From the NCBI RefSeq assembly GCF_009914755.1, contig NC_060945.1: DNA of 64,000 nt; one strand, 5' to 3'. The position numbers were made by a program, and so were the translations under genes. This document shows positions 33,595 through 49,920 of this stretch, one piece after another. Source of the stretch: the human T2T-CHM13v2.0 reference genome, Homo sapiens. Under the pieces are notes generated by a model that had not been told where the DNA came from, ran no database searches, and was given only the letters and a program-made list of their open reading frames with translations. Each line of letters begins with the position of its first letter. Position 1 is the stretch's first letter.

Positions 33595-33955
33595 TGTATT
33601 AGTCTGTTCTCACGCTGCTAATAAAGACATACTCGAGACTGGATACTTTATAAAGAAAAAGAGGTTTAATGGACTCACAGTTGCATGAGGCTGGGAGGCC
33701 TCACAATCATGGTGGAAGGTGAAAGGCACATCTTACATGACAGCAGGCAAGACAGAATGAGAGCCAAGCAAAAAGGGTTTCCCTTTATAAAACCATCAGA
33801 TCTCGTGAGACTTATTCCCCACCATGAGAACAGTGTCGGGGAAACCATCCTAATGATTCAATTATCTCCCACTGGGTCCCTCCCACAACACGTGGAAATT
33901 ATAGGAGCTACAGTTCAAGATGAGATTTGGGTGGGGATGCAGCCAAACCATATCA
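33595..33955 (-). mobile_element. THE1C solo LTR
   Basis: tgtattagtctgttctcacgctgctaataaagac…cagccaaaccatatca; TSD g(c/t)gag. Confidence 0.93.
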
Positions 33956-35468
33956 GTGAGCAACACCTTAAAGTGGTTTCATGACACCTATTACCATTTA
34001 TGATTCTCTCCTCAGTGTAAAACCAAATAAAGTTTCATCCTCAGGGTTCTGCCTTCTGTTGCAACATTTTCACATCACCTGGGGAAAAACACCCTTTTTA
34101 ACCAAATTTATTTGCCCCACAAATCTCAACACATGGGTGATCAATGTCAGCATTGGAAATGTTTTTCACATTAAAATTCAAGCACAACATTTGCTCCATC
34201 TGGGGACAGAGTGAGCAGGTAAACAACTTTGAAAACTATGTACCATGTGAGATACAGGGGCTTGGGTGTCTGGACCCTGAATCCTGTTCAGCTCTGACAG
34301 TGAGCTTTGTTTCATTTGTTTTCACTCTCCCCTACATTAGTTCTCTTGAACAGCGGCCAGGTTCTTCCTTCCTCCTCTCAGCAACAGGCAGGCCTCCCTG
34401 AAAGAGCTCAAGATCCAGGCTGCGGGGTGACTAATAGTCACTAATTTAAAGAGGAGAATCCTCTTGCTCTTTGGTGCATAAATTCTGTCTACTCTGCCTA
34501 ATGCAATCACTAAGGGGTCACTCTCCCTGCCTCCTAGGAAAACACAAGGAATATGTTCTACTAGAGTAACAGTTAACCCTTAACAGCCACATCGAATATT
34601 AAGAGGGTTTAAACTAAAGGATGCTACGGCACAAATGCCAACTTTTCAGAGAACCCTTCCCTTGACCACATAATTACAAAAGAACTCTGATCATTCTCTG
34701 GTTCCTTACCTGACCCTTTTCTGAAGTCACATTTACCAAAGTATAATTTATATACAGTAACATTCACCCTTTAGGTGTACAGTTCTCTCTTAGTGTTGGG
34801 CAGCTATGCAGACCCCACTGCAATCCATCTGGAGAACTTCCTGTACACCAAAATGTTCCCTTGCACCCCTTGGTAGAGAATCCCTTCCTCCATTCTAAGT
34901 CCTTAAAAACCACCGATCTGATCTCTGTCCCTCTGCTATTGCCTTTTCCTGAATGTCACATAAAAGGAATCACATGGTATGTAGCCTTTGTGAATTGCTT
35001 CTTTCACTTAGCACAATGCTTTTGAGATTCATCTGTGCCGTGTGTATCCACGGTTCATTCCATTTAGTGCTGGGTAGTATTCTTTTACATGGTGATACCA
35101 TAGCGTGTTTAACTGTTCATGTATTGAAAAGCATTTTAATTGCTTCCAGTTTTGGTTTTGTTTCCTAATAATGATTGTTTCCAAGCTGCTATGAAGAATC
35201 ATGTACAGGTTTTTGTGCTCATACATTTTTATTTATTTGGGAGAAATGCCCAAGAGTGCAACTGCCAAGTCATAGGGTAAATGTTTGTTTTTTTTCCAAA
35301 AATTGCCAAACTATATTCCAAAGTGGCTGACTACTTTATGTTAATTTTAATAAAGACCAATTTATTGATAATTTATTTTATGGATCAAGCTTTTGATGTC
35401 ATGTCCAAGAGCTCTACCTAAGCCTAGGTCACAGATATCTTCTCCCACGTACTCTTCTAAAAGTTTTA

Positions 35469-35783
35469 GGCTGGGCTTGGTGGCTCATGCCTGTAATCCC
35501 AGCACGTTGAGAGGGGGAAGCAGGCGGATCACCTGAGGTCAGGAGTTCGAGACAAGCCTGGCCAACATGGTGAAACCTGTCTCTACTAAAAATACAAAAA
35601 ATTAGTCCGATGTGGTGGCACACGCCTGTAATCCCAGTTACTCAGGAGGCTAAGGCAGGAGAATCGCTTGAACCCGGAAGGTGGAGGTTGCAGTGAGCCC
35701 AGTGAGCCGAGATCACGCGACTGCATTCCACCCGGGGTGACACAGCAAGATTCCATCTCAAAAACAAATACAATTAAATTAAA
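35469..35783 (+). mobile_element. AluSx-like
   Basis: Full Alu with internal 9-bp duplication cagtgagcc. Confidence 0.97.
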
Positions 35784-35951
35784 ACGGTTTTAAAATATTA
35801 CACTTTACACTTAGATCTATGATTCATTTTGAGTTAATTTTTTGTACGTGATGTTTAGGTTGATGTTCTTTTTTTTTTTCTTATAAATGTCCAGTTGTTT
35901 AAAAACCATTCATTCTCTTTTCTCCATTGAATTGCCTATGCATCTTTATCA

Positions 35952-37850
<1,899 letters not shown>

Positions 37851-38683
37851 AATCACTTGGTCATATTTACATGGGCCTATTTCTGGACTCTGTGTTCTGT
37901 TCCATTGATCTATATGCTCATCTCTTCACCAATACCACAGCATTATTTCTCTAAATTTGTATTTCTTTTTAAAAATTGTTTTTGCTATTCAAGTTCCTTT
38001 TGCTTGCCATATAAATTTTAGAGTCCAAGTTACAAAAAATCCTCCTGTGATTTGGATGGAAAGTGTGTTAATTCTATAGGTGAATTTAAAGAGAATTGAC
38101 ATCTTTGCTATGTGAAGGCTTTCAATCCATGAACATAGTTTATCTTTATTTATTTGCTTCTTCTTTGATTTTTGCTACCAGGATTTTTTTTTTTTTTTTT
38201 GTAACTCTCAACATAAAGACTCTGTGCAACTTTTGTTAAGTTTCTGTTGTAGTATTTTATTTTGTGGAGGAGGAGCTATTGTAAATTTTCTTGACTTTTA
38301 AATTTCAGTTTCCAATTGTACATTGCTAGGATATAGAAATATGATTGATTTTTGTGTGTGTTGACCTTGTATCCCACAACCTTACTAAGCTCGGTTAATT
38401 TTTCTAGGTTATTAATAGATTCCTTGGGGTCTTCTATGTAGACAATCATGGTGTCTGCTAGTAGGGATGGTTTTCTCTCTTACTTTCCAATCTGGGTGTG
38501 TATTATTTCGTTTCTTGCCTCACTGCACTGCCTAGAGCCCCCAAAATAATGTTGAATAGGAGTAGTAAGAGAGGACAACCTTGTTCTCAACCTTAGGGGA
38601 AAAGCATCCCCTTTCATCATTAAGTGTAATGTTAGCTGTAGGTTTTTGTAAATACCACTTACCAGGTAAAAGAAGGACTCTTC

Positions 38684-39022
<339 letters not shown>

Positions 39023-39280
39023 TTAAAAAAGTCATTGATGCATTTCAAATATTATCAAATGGTTCTCCTACATAAATTGATATTATCATGTGGTTTTTCT
39101 TCTTTAGATTATTCATATGATGGAGTATTTTGGCTGATTTTTTAAAAATATTTCAATGTCATGATCTTTAGTTTATTATTGCTGTGAATACAATATCTTT
39201 GTATTCTCTGGGGATATAAAACATATTTATTCTAAAGTTCTATTCCTACTGTAATAATGCTCTGTCTTTGGGTATAAGTA

Positions 39281-39419
39281 AGTTTTTTTTTAATTTTGTT
39301 TTTTTCCTTTCCATCTTTTATTTTATGTTCAGGGGATACATGTGCAGGTTTGTCACATGGGTAAATTACATGTCATGGGCGTTTGCTGTACAGATTATTT
39401 TCACACCCAGGTAATGAGC
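39281..39419 (-). mobile_element. L1PA16/L1PB-like 3' end fragment
   Basis: ttttattttatgttcaggggatacatgtgcaggtttgtcacatgggtaaatt. Confidence 0.8.
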
Positions 39420-39619
39420 TTGACTTCCTAGGATAAACCCACTTGGTTGTAGTATATTATTCTTTTTCTGTATTATTGTATTCAATTTGTTAATATCTCA
39501 AGATAATTTTTGTATTTATGTTCATGAAAGATACTGGATTTTAGGGTTTTTTTGTAACATTTTTGTCTGGATTTGGTATCAGAGTAATGCTAGGAGGTTT
39601 TCTCTCTTGTTCCTTTATT

Positions 39620-39780
39620 TTCCTTCAGAACATTTACATATCGGCCTCTCTCCATAGGAATATAAGCTCCATGAGGGCGGAGGTCTCCTCTCTTTTGCTC
39701 ATTGTTCTAGCCTAAGTGTCCAGAACCATGCATGGACACAGTAAGCAATCAATAAATATTTGTTGCTGAATAAATAAATG
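39620..39780 (+). mobile_element. L2a 3' end
   Basis: taagctccatgagggc…cagtaagcaatcaataaatatttgttgctgaataaat. Confidence 0.85.
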
Positions 39781-39919
39781 TCCTCTGCCTCAGCCAAGCA
39801 AAAAGAAAAAGAAAGAAACTAAAAGGGAAAAGAGCCAGGAGGATCTACCAGGAGGGCTTTTGCTTGAATGGAACTTGGAAATGTGATGATATAAAAATGA
39901 TATTGAAGACAGTGTGCAT

Positions 39920-40160
39920 CAATAACGGAAGGGGAAAGACTGCTTTGGAGTCAAACTGCCTGGGTTTGGATCCTATCTCTACCACTGCCCAGCTGTGTGT
40001 CCTTGGACAAATTGATTAGCCTCTTGAAGTTTCCATCTCCTCTTCTGCAAAGTGGAGATAATGATAATACCTGCATAGCAGGGTTGAGATAGGTGATGAT
40101 GTATGCAAGGTCCCTGGCAGTGAGCCAGCACTCAACAGGTGGAAGATATAGTAGCAATAA
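39920..40160 (+). mobile_element. MIR SINE
   Basis: ctttggagtcaaactgcctgggtttggatcc…ctgtgtgtccttggacaaatt. Confidence 0.85.
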
Positions 40161-41625
40161 TAGTAGGTTCTTTATTGAATGGCTGCTAGCAATCTCTTCT
40201 ACAACCAGAAGTGGATCTGAGCTGAGAATGATCTGGAGCACCCTGGAGGGAACTATACCTAGCTGCTTAATACTCTTGAGAGCTAAGAAAGATTTTATTC
40301 TTCTTCAGTTGACCCCAGGTAAGACAGCAAAAGTCACTAGAAAAATCTGAGCTAAGTTATTGACAACCATATCTTCTCTCAGGCCCTATCTCTGACAATT
40401 GACCCACGTTCCAGCTTCTTGGACCTCACCCAGACCCACTTCTTCAGTAGCCTGTCAGGCAACTGGGAGAGCAAACTGCTGCCTTCCTGCAAAAGGGAGC
40501 AAAACCAGGCTCAGAGACCCTCAATAAGAATGCCTGCGTTTTTCAGGTGAAAACTGAAAAAGGGTTGGGAAACTAAGAAATCTGAGCCACATATTTGGTC
40601 ATAGTTATCCTCCAGCTCTGCTGGAAGTCAAATGCCTAAGAGAGAAGACCTGGAACAAGACTAAGTCAGACCGTTCTTCTAGCCTTGGATCTGAAATGGA
40701 TGTGGTTGAAGGAAGAGCAGTGGCCTAGAGGGAGAATGCAGGAGACAGGGAATCCATAAATCCACTGGCAGCATTGTGTGAAACATTAAGCCCAGGTCCA
40801 TCTCATGCTGATCCTCATGGAAACCCCAGAGGCCGGGCTGAGTTCCTTAGCCACACTATGCTGCCACCAGCTTTCACGGGGACACCCCCTCTCAGCCCTC
40901 TACCTCACTGGATCCTGATACCCAGCATGGTGTGAACCCCTCTGCCACACACAGCACACACTTGTTTGCCATTTTGCCAACCAGCATGGGCAAAGCCAAC
41001 TAGAGAGCAGAGTGTTAAATGGTCATTGCCCTTTTGGTTAGACTGAAACATCAAAATGACTTCTCTGAATACATTTGGCTCTAATGTAACTACTATTTCC
41101 CATGAGCAAAATCACAAGTAAAAGTCAACATCACACCAGGACTTTTTAATTTCCAAAGGTGTTTATTTTTCCTCCGAGGACAAGCAGTAGCTTTTTATTT
41201 TGTTTAATTACATACACAGGAGGAAAAAAAGAAACTAGAGATCACTTGAGGTTTCTGTGAGAAACAGGGCTTTCTCCCATCTAAAATGTAGGTTGCATTC
41301 CTGGCTTGACATTTATGCTCTCTGAGTGTGAAACAAGAACCTTGGGAAATTATTGTCCATTTGATGAAGAGCCAGGCTTCCAAGCTTTGGGAGTAGCTGC
41401 TGATTCACTGGAATGGGCATACTTGCTGCTCATGGTCTGGGAAACAGAGATAAAACTGGGGTTGACCTACTGTGCTGTTTTTGGGGCAGCCGAAATCACC
41501 GTCTGCTCTAACTCAGTCTTTCTTCTGATGCATACATGTTAGACCAGACTCCTAGGTCCTAGCCCAACTTGTTACAAGGAAGATATGTTTTTCTTCGTGT
41601 CAATACACCTTTCCCTGGTTGATTA

Positions 41626-41949
<324 letters not shown>

Positions 41950-43136
41950 TTTTAGACTGGACACAGGAACTTTTGACTCTGACTCTTACAGAGGAGACTA
42001 CATAAATAAAGGTATTGTAAACAAGTATTTTGGAGGATTGCATGTGATTTCATAATTTTCCCCTTATGTTTTAACATTATATTACATTCTATCACATCTA
42101 AAACTATAAAATCAGATGGCTTCCCATTACCCTCAGCAATGGGAAGATCTTTTCTAAGCAATGGAACTTGTTTTCCTCAAGTGAAACTTTACACGGATCT
42201 CAAATGTATAAAACAGATAGAATTGGAGCTTAAACTAAACTCTTCAGAAGTCACAGAGGAGAGATTGGAACCTTGGCTGATTCAGACATTGCTTAATCTC
42301 CGCTAAAGGAAGAACTAAACATGTGGCAAGATGGGAAGCTTTAGTTGAGCCTAGTTGCTACCATGTTTAAATGATTAGAAGGCCAGAGAGCAAGGAGGAA
42401 GGTGGGCTGGGAGCGTGGCCAATGCATTCCCGGCCGAAGACCCCACCCCCCACCCCTACCCAACACGTGGAAGATCCTTCGTGAAGCTACATGCCCGCTT
42501 CTGGGTTTTGGTCATCCTGTGGAGAAGAGGAGGGGCCCGGACACATTTGCACATGTGGTTCCAATGACTGAAAACCCATCCAAGCCGAATGAGCTGAGTT
42601 TCCCAGAACAGCTGCTGCCCTCCTTTTCAGTCGAGAAATCCTTCTCTGCCTCCTGTGAGGAAGGGAAGCAGGCTCTATAGAAAATGTGCTCTCAATAATG
42701 TTTGCCCATCAAATGAAAACACGACAATCCCTGTGTTCAGGAGAATGAGAACAACTCACAGTGAAGTTGAGATTCTGTTCAAACAAAGTACTTCCTTCCC
42801 CACTTGGCCAGAGCAAACTATCATTTTGGAACCCATCACACTCTCTAAGAAAGACAAGATGTCTCACTCCCAGCAAAGATTTGAGTACAGGCTTATGGGC
42901 GGGGGGCCCTACAGAGTCAGTTAACCTTTCCGGACCTGAGTCCTCTCCCCTGTCAAACTAAGCACAGGGTTGGGCTCAAACATTTCAGAATTTCCAATAA
43001 CAGAAACCAAGGCTCAGTCTGCAGATGCTTTAAAGCACTTAGCTTTAAGACGTTCAGAGAATGAGCTCACATTCAAAAAACTACAGAACTGAAAAGAACC
43101 ATGGATGTTCCTGTATTCAAAATCCCTACATCAGGT

Positions 43137-43709
43137 TGATGGTCTTTCCTATGTGTCACCTTGGCAGGCTGTAGTATCCAACGGTTTAATCCAACACTGA
43201 CCTAGGTGTTGCTGCGAAGGTGTTTTGTGGATGTGATTAACATCTACAATCAGATGACCTAAAATAATGGAGACTATCCTTGATAATATGAGTGGGCTTC
43301 ATCTAATCTGTTGAAGACTTTAAGAGAAAAACAGGTTTTCCAGAGAAGAAAGTCTGCCTCGAGACTGTGACATAGAAACTTTACCTGAGTTTCCAGCCTG
43401 CTGGCCTGCCCTAGAGACTTCAGACTTGCCATCACCACAGTGGCATGCAGGAGCCAATTTCCTAAAATAAAATCTCTCTCCCGCTCTGTCTCTCTCCCTC
43501 TCTTTCTCTCTCTCTCTCTATATATATATATCATATATATAATATACATTATATTATTATATATAATAATATATGTGTGTGTATGTTATCTATCATCTAT
43601 CATCTACCTACCTACCATCTATAATTCTATCTACCTATACATCTATTATCTATCTATCTATCTACCTATCATCTATCTAGCCATCTATCATCTATCTACC
43701 TATTGTCTG

Positions 43710-43753
<44 letters not shown>

Positions 43754-43798
43754 CAATCCTATTGCTTCTGTTTCTCTGGAGAACCTTGACTGATATAC
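43137..43798 (+). mobile_element. MLT2D-like ERVL LTR
   Basis: tttccagcctgctggcctgccctagagacttcagacttgcc…cctattgcttctgtttctctggagaaccttgactgatatac. Confidence 0.85.
43472..43753. repeat. Compound (CT)n/(TA)n/(TCTA)n microsatellite
   Basis: Perfect (TCTA)~11 at 43710-43753 with degenerate flanking units. Confidence 0.95.
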
Positions 43799-44224
43799 CA
43801 GGACTCTTCAAGGCAAATAGTCTGAGATCATATTATTCCTAAGAAACAGAGGCAAGACCAGGGTCCAAATCTCCTTGGACTCATTCCATGTTCTTTCACC
43901 AGGATGCACAGCTTTTCAACTACCCTGCTATAACCTAAAAATACAACTTAAAAGGAACCTCATTTTCTGAAAGAATTAAGAGATAATTCCAGCTGAGCAG
44001 CATTTTTCACCCTGACCCATAGGAATGAAAACGCTGTAGTTTGCAACCTGAAATACACATATATACAGAGGCACATTTAGCATGTTAACAAAACAAAAAA
44101 TTCCTGAAATAAGACTTTTCAGATGTAATGCATTTGATAACTTCTATGTTACTCTCTTTTCCTTCATTTTTTGAAAATGCTAGTCATAGCCATTAAATTA
44201 CTTATGTGAGCCTAAATTGCCCAC

Positions 44225-44699
44225 TGTGGCGGGTGCCTCTGGTGCTCATAACCCATCTGTGAGCCACCTCTGATTTCAGTCACAGTGGTGGTAGACTCCC
44301 ATGTGAGTTCAGATTCACTTTATTCATAGCGTCTCCCCTGAGGCATGCTGTACACATCGTTCTGCTTTGAGCTCCAGGGTCTTGTGGTAGCTCCTATGGC
44401 TCCCACACAAGTATAGCCTGAGAGTGTGGGAGAGTTAATGTTCTACGGGGCAGTCCTCATCCAGTGGGGAGAGCAGTTGGTGTAGAGTGGCCCAGCCTCC
44501 CACCCTTCTAGCAGCCCATCTGGGGAGGTGTTCTGTACACTCCTCAGGAGGACTTGGAGAGCTGAGCTCCATGCTCATGGCAGTGACCTTGGTAATGCAC
44601 CTGCTTCCTCCCTGCTGGTTCCTGGGATCACCTCTCGATCAATGAGCTGCCCCAAGTCTATGCCCCAGGCTTCACTTTCAAGAAAATCTGAACCAAGAC
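44225..44699 (+). mobile_element. LTR16-like ERVL LTR
   Basis: gagagtgtgggagagttaatg…ttcctgggatcacctc…aatctgaaccaagac. Confidence 0.7.
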
Positions 44700-44929
44700 C
44701 CAGCATCCCTGTCACTGAGGGAACTTTCTACAACCCCCCTTCAGATGGTCACCAGTATTTGCTAGAATCTCCAGGGATGACAGGAGTTTGTATACCTCAA
44801 TTAAGTCTTACCATTGCTGGACAAAAGAGGGGGACAGGAAAAGGGAGCCTGGAGGTAACCAGGGCCTTCCACGGGTTAAGCACTGCTCTAGTTTATTTTT
44901 TCACTTTCATTGTCGAGAAGTAGTTTCTC

Positions 44930-45725
<796 letters not shown>

Positions 45726-45734
45726 GTAAGACAA

Positions 45735-46535
45735 TGCCACCTTAGTCATTTTTGCTAGATCTTCTGGGTAACTTGCTGCAGCTTCTCCATCAGCACTTGC
45801 TGCTTTACCTCCTACTTTTATGTTATAGAGATGGCTTCTTTCCTTAAACTTCATGAATCAACTTCTGTTGGCTTCACACTTTTCTTCTGCAGCTTCCTCA
45901 CCTCTCATAGACTTCATAGAATTTAAGAGAGTTAGGGCCTTGCTCTGAATTAGGCTTTGGCTTAAGGGAATGTTGTGGTTAGTTTGATCTTCTATCCAGA
46001 CCATTAAAACTTTCTTCATATCAGCAATAAGGCTGTCTCTCTCTCTCTTTTTTAATCATTTGTGTGTTCACTGGAGTAGCACTTTTAATTTCCTTAATGA
46101 ACTTTTCTTTTGTATACACAATTTGTCAAACTAGCACAAGAGATCTAGCTTTTAGCCCATCTTGGCTTTTGACATGCTTTCCTAAGTTTAATCATTTCTA
46201 GCTTTTGATGCAAAGTAAGAGATATACAATTCTTCCTTTCACTTTAACACTTAGAGCCCACTGTTGGGTTATTAATTGGCCTAATTTCAATATTTTTGTG
46301 TGTCAGTGAATAGGGAGGCCCACAGAGAGGGAGAGAGATAAGGGAATGGTTTTTCGGTGGAGCAGTAAGAACAGACACAACATTCATCAATTAAGTTTGT
46401 CATCTCATATAAGAATGGTTCATGGTGCCCTAAAACAATTACAATGATAACATCAAAGATCACTGATTACATACCACCATAACAGATATAATAACAATGA
46501 AAAATTTGAAATATTGTGAGAATTACCAAAATGAG
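45735..46535 (-). mobile_element. Tigger1 5' fragment (pogo transposase N-terminal CENP-B-type HTH, disrupted)
   Basis: Minus strand [41 protein letters not shown]…[21 protein letters not shown]…YPEDLAK. Confidence 0.92.
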
Positions 46536-46653
46536 GACAAGAAAGGAGAGGTGAATTCTTCCAGGTCACAGGAGTAGATGGTAACAGATCGAGAATTAGG
46601 ATCCAGGTCTTACAATTCCTACTTTCTTCTTCTTTCGCATCCTTACTGAATCA

Positions 46654-46981
46654 TTTCTTTCTTTCTTTCTTTCTTTTTTTTTTTTTTTTTTTTTTGAGAC
46701 AGAGTCTTACTCCGTTGCCCAGTGTGGAGTGCAATGATGCAATCTCGGCTCGGCTCACTGCAACTTCTGCCTCCGGGGTTCAAGCGATTCTCCTGCCTCA
46801 GCCTCCTGAGTAGCTGGGACTACAGGCACACGCCACCACCACCAGCTAATTTTTATATTTTTAGTAGAGATGGGGTTTCACCATGTTGACCAGGCTGGTC
46901 TCAAACTCCTGACCTCAAGTATCTGCCTGCCTTGGCCTCCCAAAGTGCTGGGATTATAGGCGTGAACCACCACATCCAGCC
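46654..46981 (-). mobile_element. AluS
   Basis: Reverse Alu; TSD ctgaat(c/a)atttctt. Confidence 0.97.
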
Positions 46982-47599
46982 CTGAATAATTTCTTAAAGA
47001 ACAGCAATCATCCCAAACACACTGTCATTAACCTCTAATGACAACTTCCTGGCAATCCAAGAGGAGCACCCCTGAGCACTCCAAATTCTCTTTTGTGTCT
47101 TTTTTTTTTTTTTTTTCAGTGAATTGGCTTAATGACAGGGGCTCTTGGCTCCTTGTAAATTCAGTTCTTCCAGATGGTTCTTTAGCTCCTGTTTTGGCCC
47201 CGTGGCTAATGAGTTCGAGATCTGCTGATGAGAATGGGAGTATTGGAGAGCCTCTGAGAGAAGCAAATGACGTCTCTGATGATGCATGACCTCATCACAG
47301 TGCTTGGTGGACTTAAAAAAGCTCTTCCAAGTCACTCAGATTATTTCCCCTGGTATAGATCTGGCCCAAAATATCCAACAGACCATTCCCAGTGTACTTT
47401 TCAAGGCTGAGATTCTGCTAAGATAGTGATCTTGGGAAATGCAGCCATTATTACTTAATAAGAGTTGGTACCTTTGTGCTTTGACAGACAAAATCTTCCC
47501 TGTTCATTAAGGGTAAAAATAAGAATTTATCAAAATTATTTTCTTAGCCCTGACACTAACACTTTTTGCTCCAATAATTCTTAAAGCTAGAGACGCACC

Positions 47600-47770
47600 T
47601 CATTTTTGTGTCTGGAGAAAAGCAAGCACATGGATTTGGGAATCAGAAAACCCAGATGATGGGAAAACTTTCCCAGTCCCCAACTGTATGATGTTGAGTG
47701 AGTCACCCAACCTAATTGAGTTTCAGATTCTTCAGCTGGGAAACAGCAATTGTAATAATAATAGCTATGT
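47600..47770 (+). mobile_element. MIR fragment
   Basis: gatttgggaatcagaaaaccca…gtgagtcacccaacc…gagtttcag. Confidence 0.55.
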
Positions 47771-48418
47771 CACAGGCTGATATTACATGTAGCAAAGGAA
47801 TAATTTAAATCAAAAATAAAAACATTAAATGTCTTCCAACTTGCTTGTTGGGAAAGGTTGATCAAAAAAGATGAGCAAATGGAGAAAACCAGGCACCCAG
47901 ATCTTGAGGAACCAGCCCCAGCCAATTCCGCCTTGTCTGCGTGTAATCTATGTCTACTGCAAAACACTTCTTCCTTAGACCTCAGATGCCATGAAAATTC
48001 ACTTCAGGATTGATTTTGTGCTTTCAGATTTTGCACATAAGGAAACAGTGGAGCAGGGACTAATGGCTCAAAATTGCACAGCAAATCAGCTGGGAAACAT
48101 ATGTGGATCCACCCACCTCCCGAGTGCTTTCCCATCTGAATCTCAAGGCCTCAGGATGTCATGTGATCTTTCTTGGTAGACCAGCTGGATTTCCATTTGT
48201 CTCTGGGCTCAGGATTTTGTATCATTTTTGACAGGCACTCCAGGGTCCTTTTGAGCGCAGGTATGTTTTTAAATATACTCCTTTTAAAAAGCAAGCTCAT
48301 GAATCCAATCATTTATCAAGGGTGGCAAAAAAAAAAAAAAAAGCTGACTCAATTTAACATATCAAAAGAAACAGAGTTTCCCCTCCCACCTTTTAGGCAA
48401 CTTAAAATCTATCAGACT

Positions 48419-48775
<357 letters not shown>

Positions 48776-49214
48776 TTATGAGCTTCTTTCTCGTCATCTG
48801 TCCTCCCCAAGCCTTTCTCAGTTAAAACAGACATGTGGGATTTAAGACTTTGCCCCAAAGAGAAAAAAGACAGAATCAAGCAAAAACGGACTGAAGGGAA
48901 ATTAGATTTTTCAGAGAAGTGAGAAAACCAGGGTGGCCCATGCAGAACAAGCTCTCTGCTGTCACGGGCTTGTTAATCACTCGAGGCACAACCTCTGAGT
49001 GCTGAGCCCCTAGTTGGTGCCCCCTCCATGGGCACTGGATGGTGTCCTGCAGGCCTAGCGGGAAGTCATCACCTGGGACTTCCCCTGAGCAGCTTCTGCA
49101 GCCTCACTCTGGGCTGCATTTAAAACTTTCAACCTGGAAGATAAACACTAGGACCCAAAGGGATTGATCTGGGGGGCCTGGAGCAAGCAGACAAGGTCAG
49201 GGGCTGGAGGGAAA

Positions 49215-49920
49215 TGAAACCACTTTTGCAAAATTGAGACTGAGACAGTGAATGAGATCTAACTTAACCAAATCCATCTTGCTTCTAACCTCCAAGCTGT
49301 CCTTGTTCATTCCTGGGCATAGGCTGAACTAACTTTGGGAGAAACTTAGATTATAGTTTATAAAAACAAAGATGTTTAAAACTGCCCTTTAAAACAGGCC
49401 TTTCCCAAAGCAGACCTCCTTCTTGCCTGGGGACTAAGCAAGAATTGCCTTTGTAGGACTAACATTAGCCAGAAGATTAGAAATTATGGTTTAGGAGTCA
49501 TGCAGCTGGAGGTTACAAGAGTCTGACCCTCCCTAAACCGCTCCTAAGATCAGTGCTTGAGACATTTTGCAGACGCTACACTTGATGGATCAGCTGGCAC
49601 CATCCAGATTGATAAACTGAGTCGTCTGATCTTGTGGCCTCCACCCAGGAACTCAGTGCAAGAAGACAGCTTCCACTCCCTATGATTTCATCTCTGACCA
49701 ATCAGCACTCCCAGCTCACTAGCTTCCCCCCACTCTCCAAGTTGTCCTTAAAAAGTCTGCTTTCGGAATGCTCAGGAAGACTGATTTGAGTAATAATAAA
49801 ACTCCGGTCTCCTGCACAGCTGGCTCTGCATCAAGTACTTTTTCTCTGTTGCAATTCCCCTGTCTTGATAAATTGGCTCTGTCTAGGCAGCAGGCAAGGT
49901 AAACCCCTTGGGCAGTTACA
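49215..49920 (+). mobile_element. LTR8 (ERV1) solo LTR
   Basis: TG…CA termini (tgaaaccacttttgcaaaatt…ggcagttaca), 4-bp TSD gaaa, CCAAT box and aataaa. Confidence 0.9.

Noticed and set aside
40290-40324. Possible 10-nt microexon (ttcttcttcag|ttgaccccag|gtaaga) and isolated strong donor at 19001 (ttg|gtaagt)
   Set aside because: Not frame-preserving, no gene context, and such motifs arise by chance in 64 kb.
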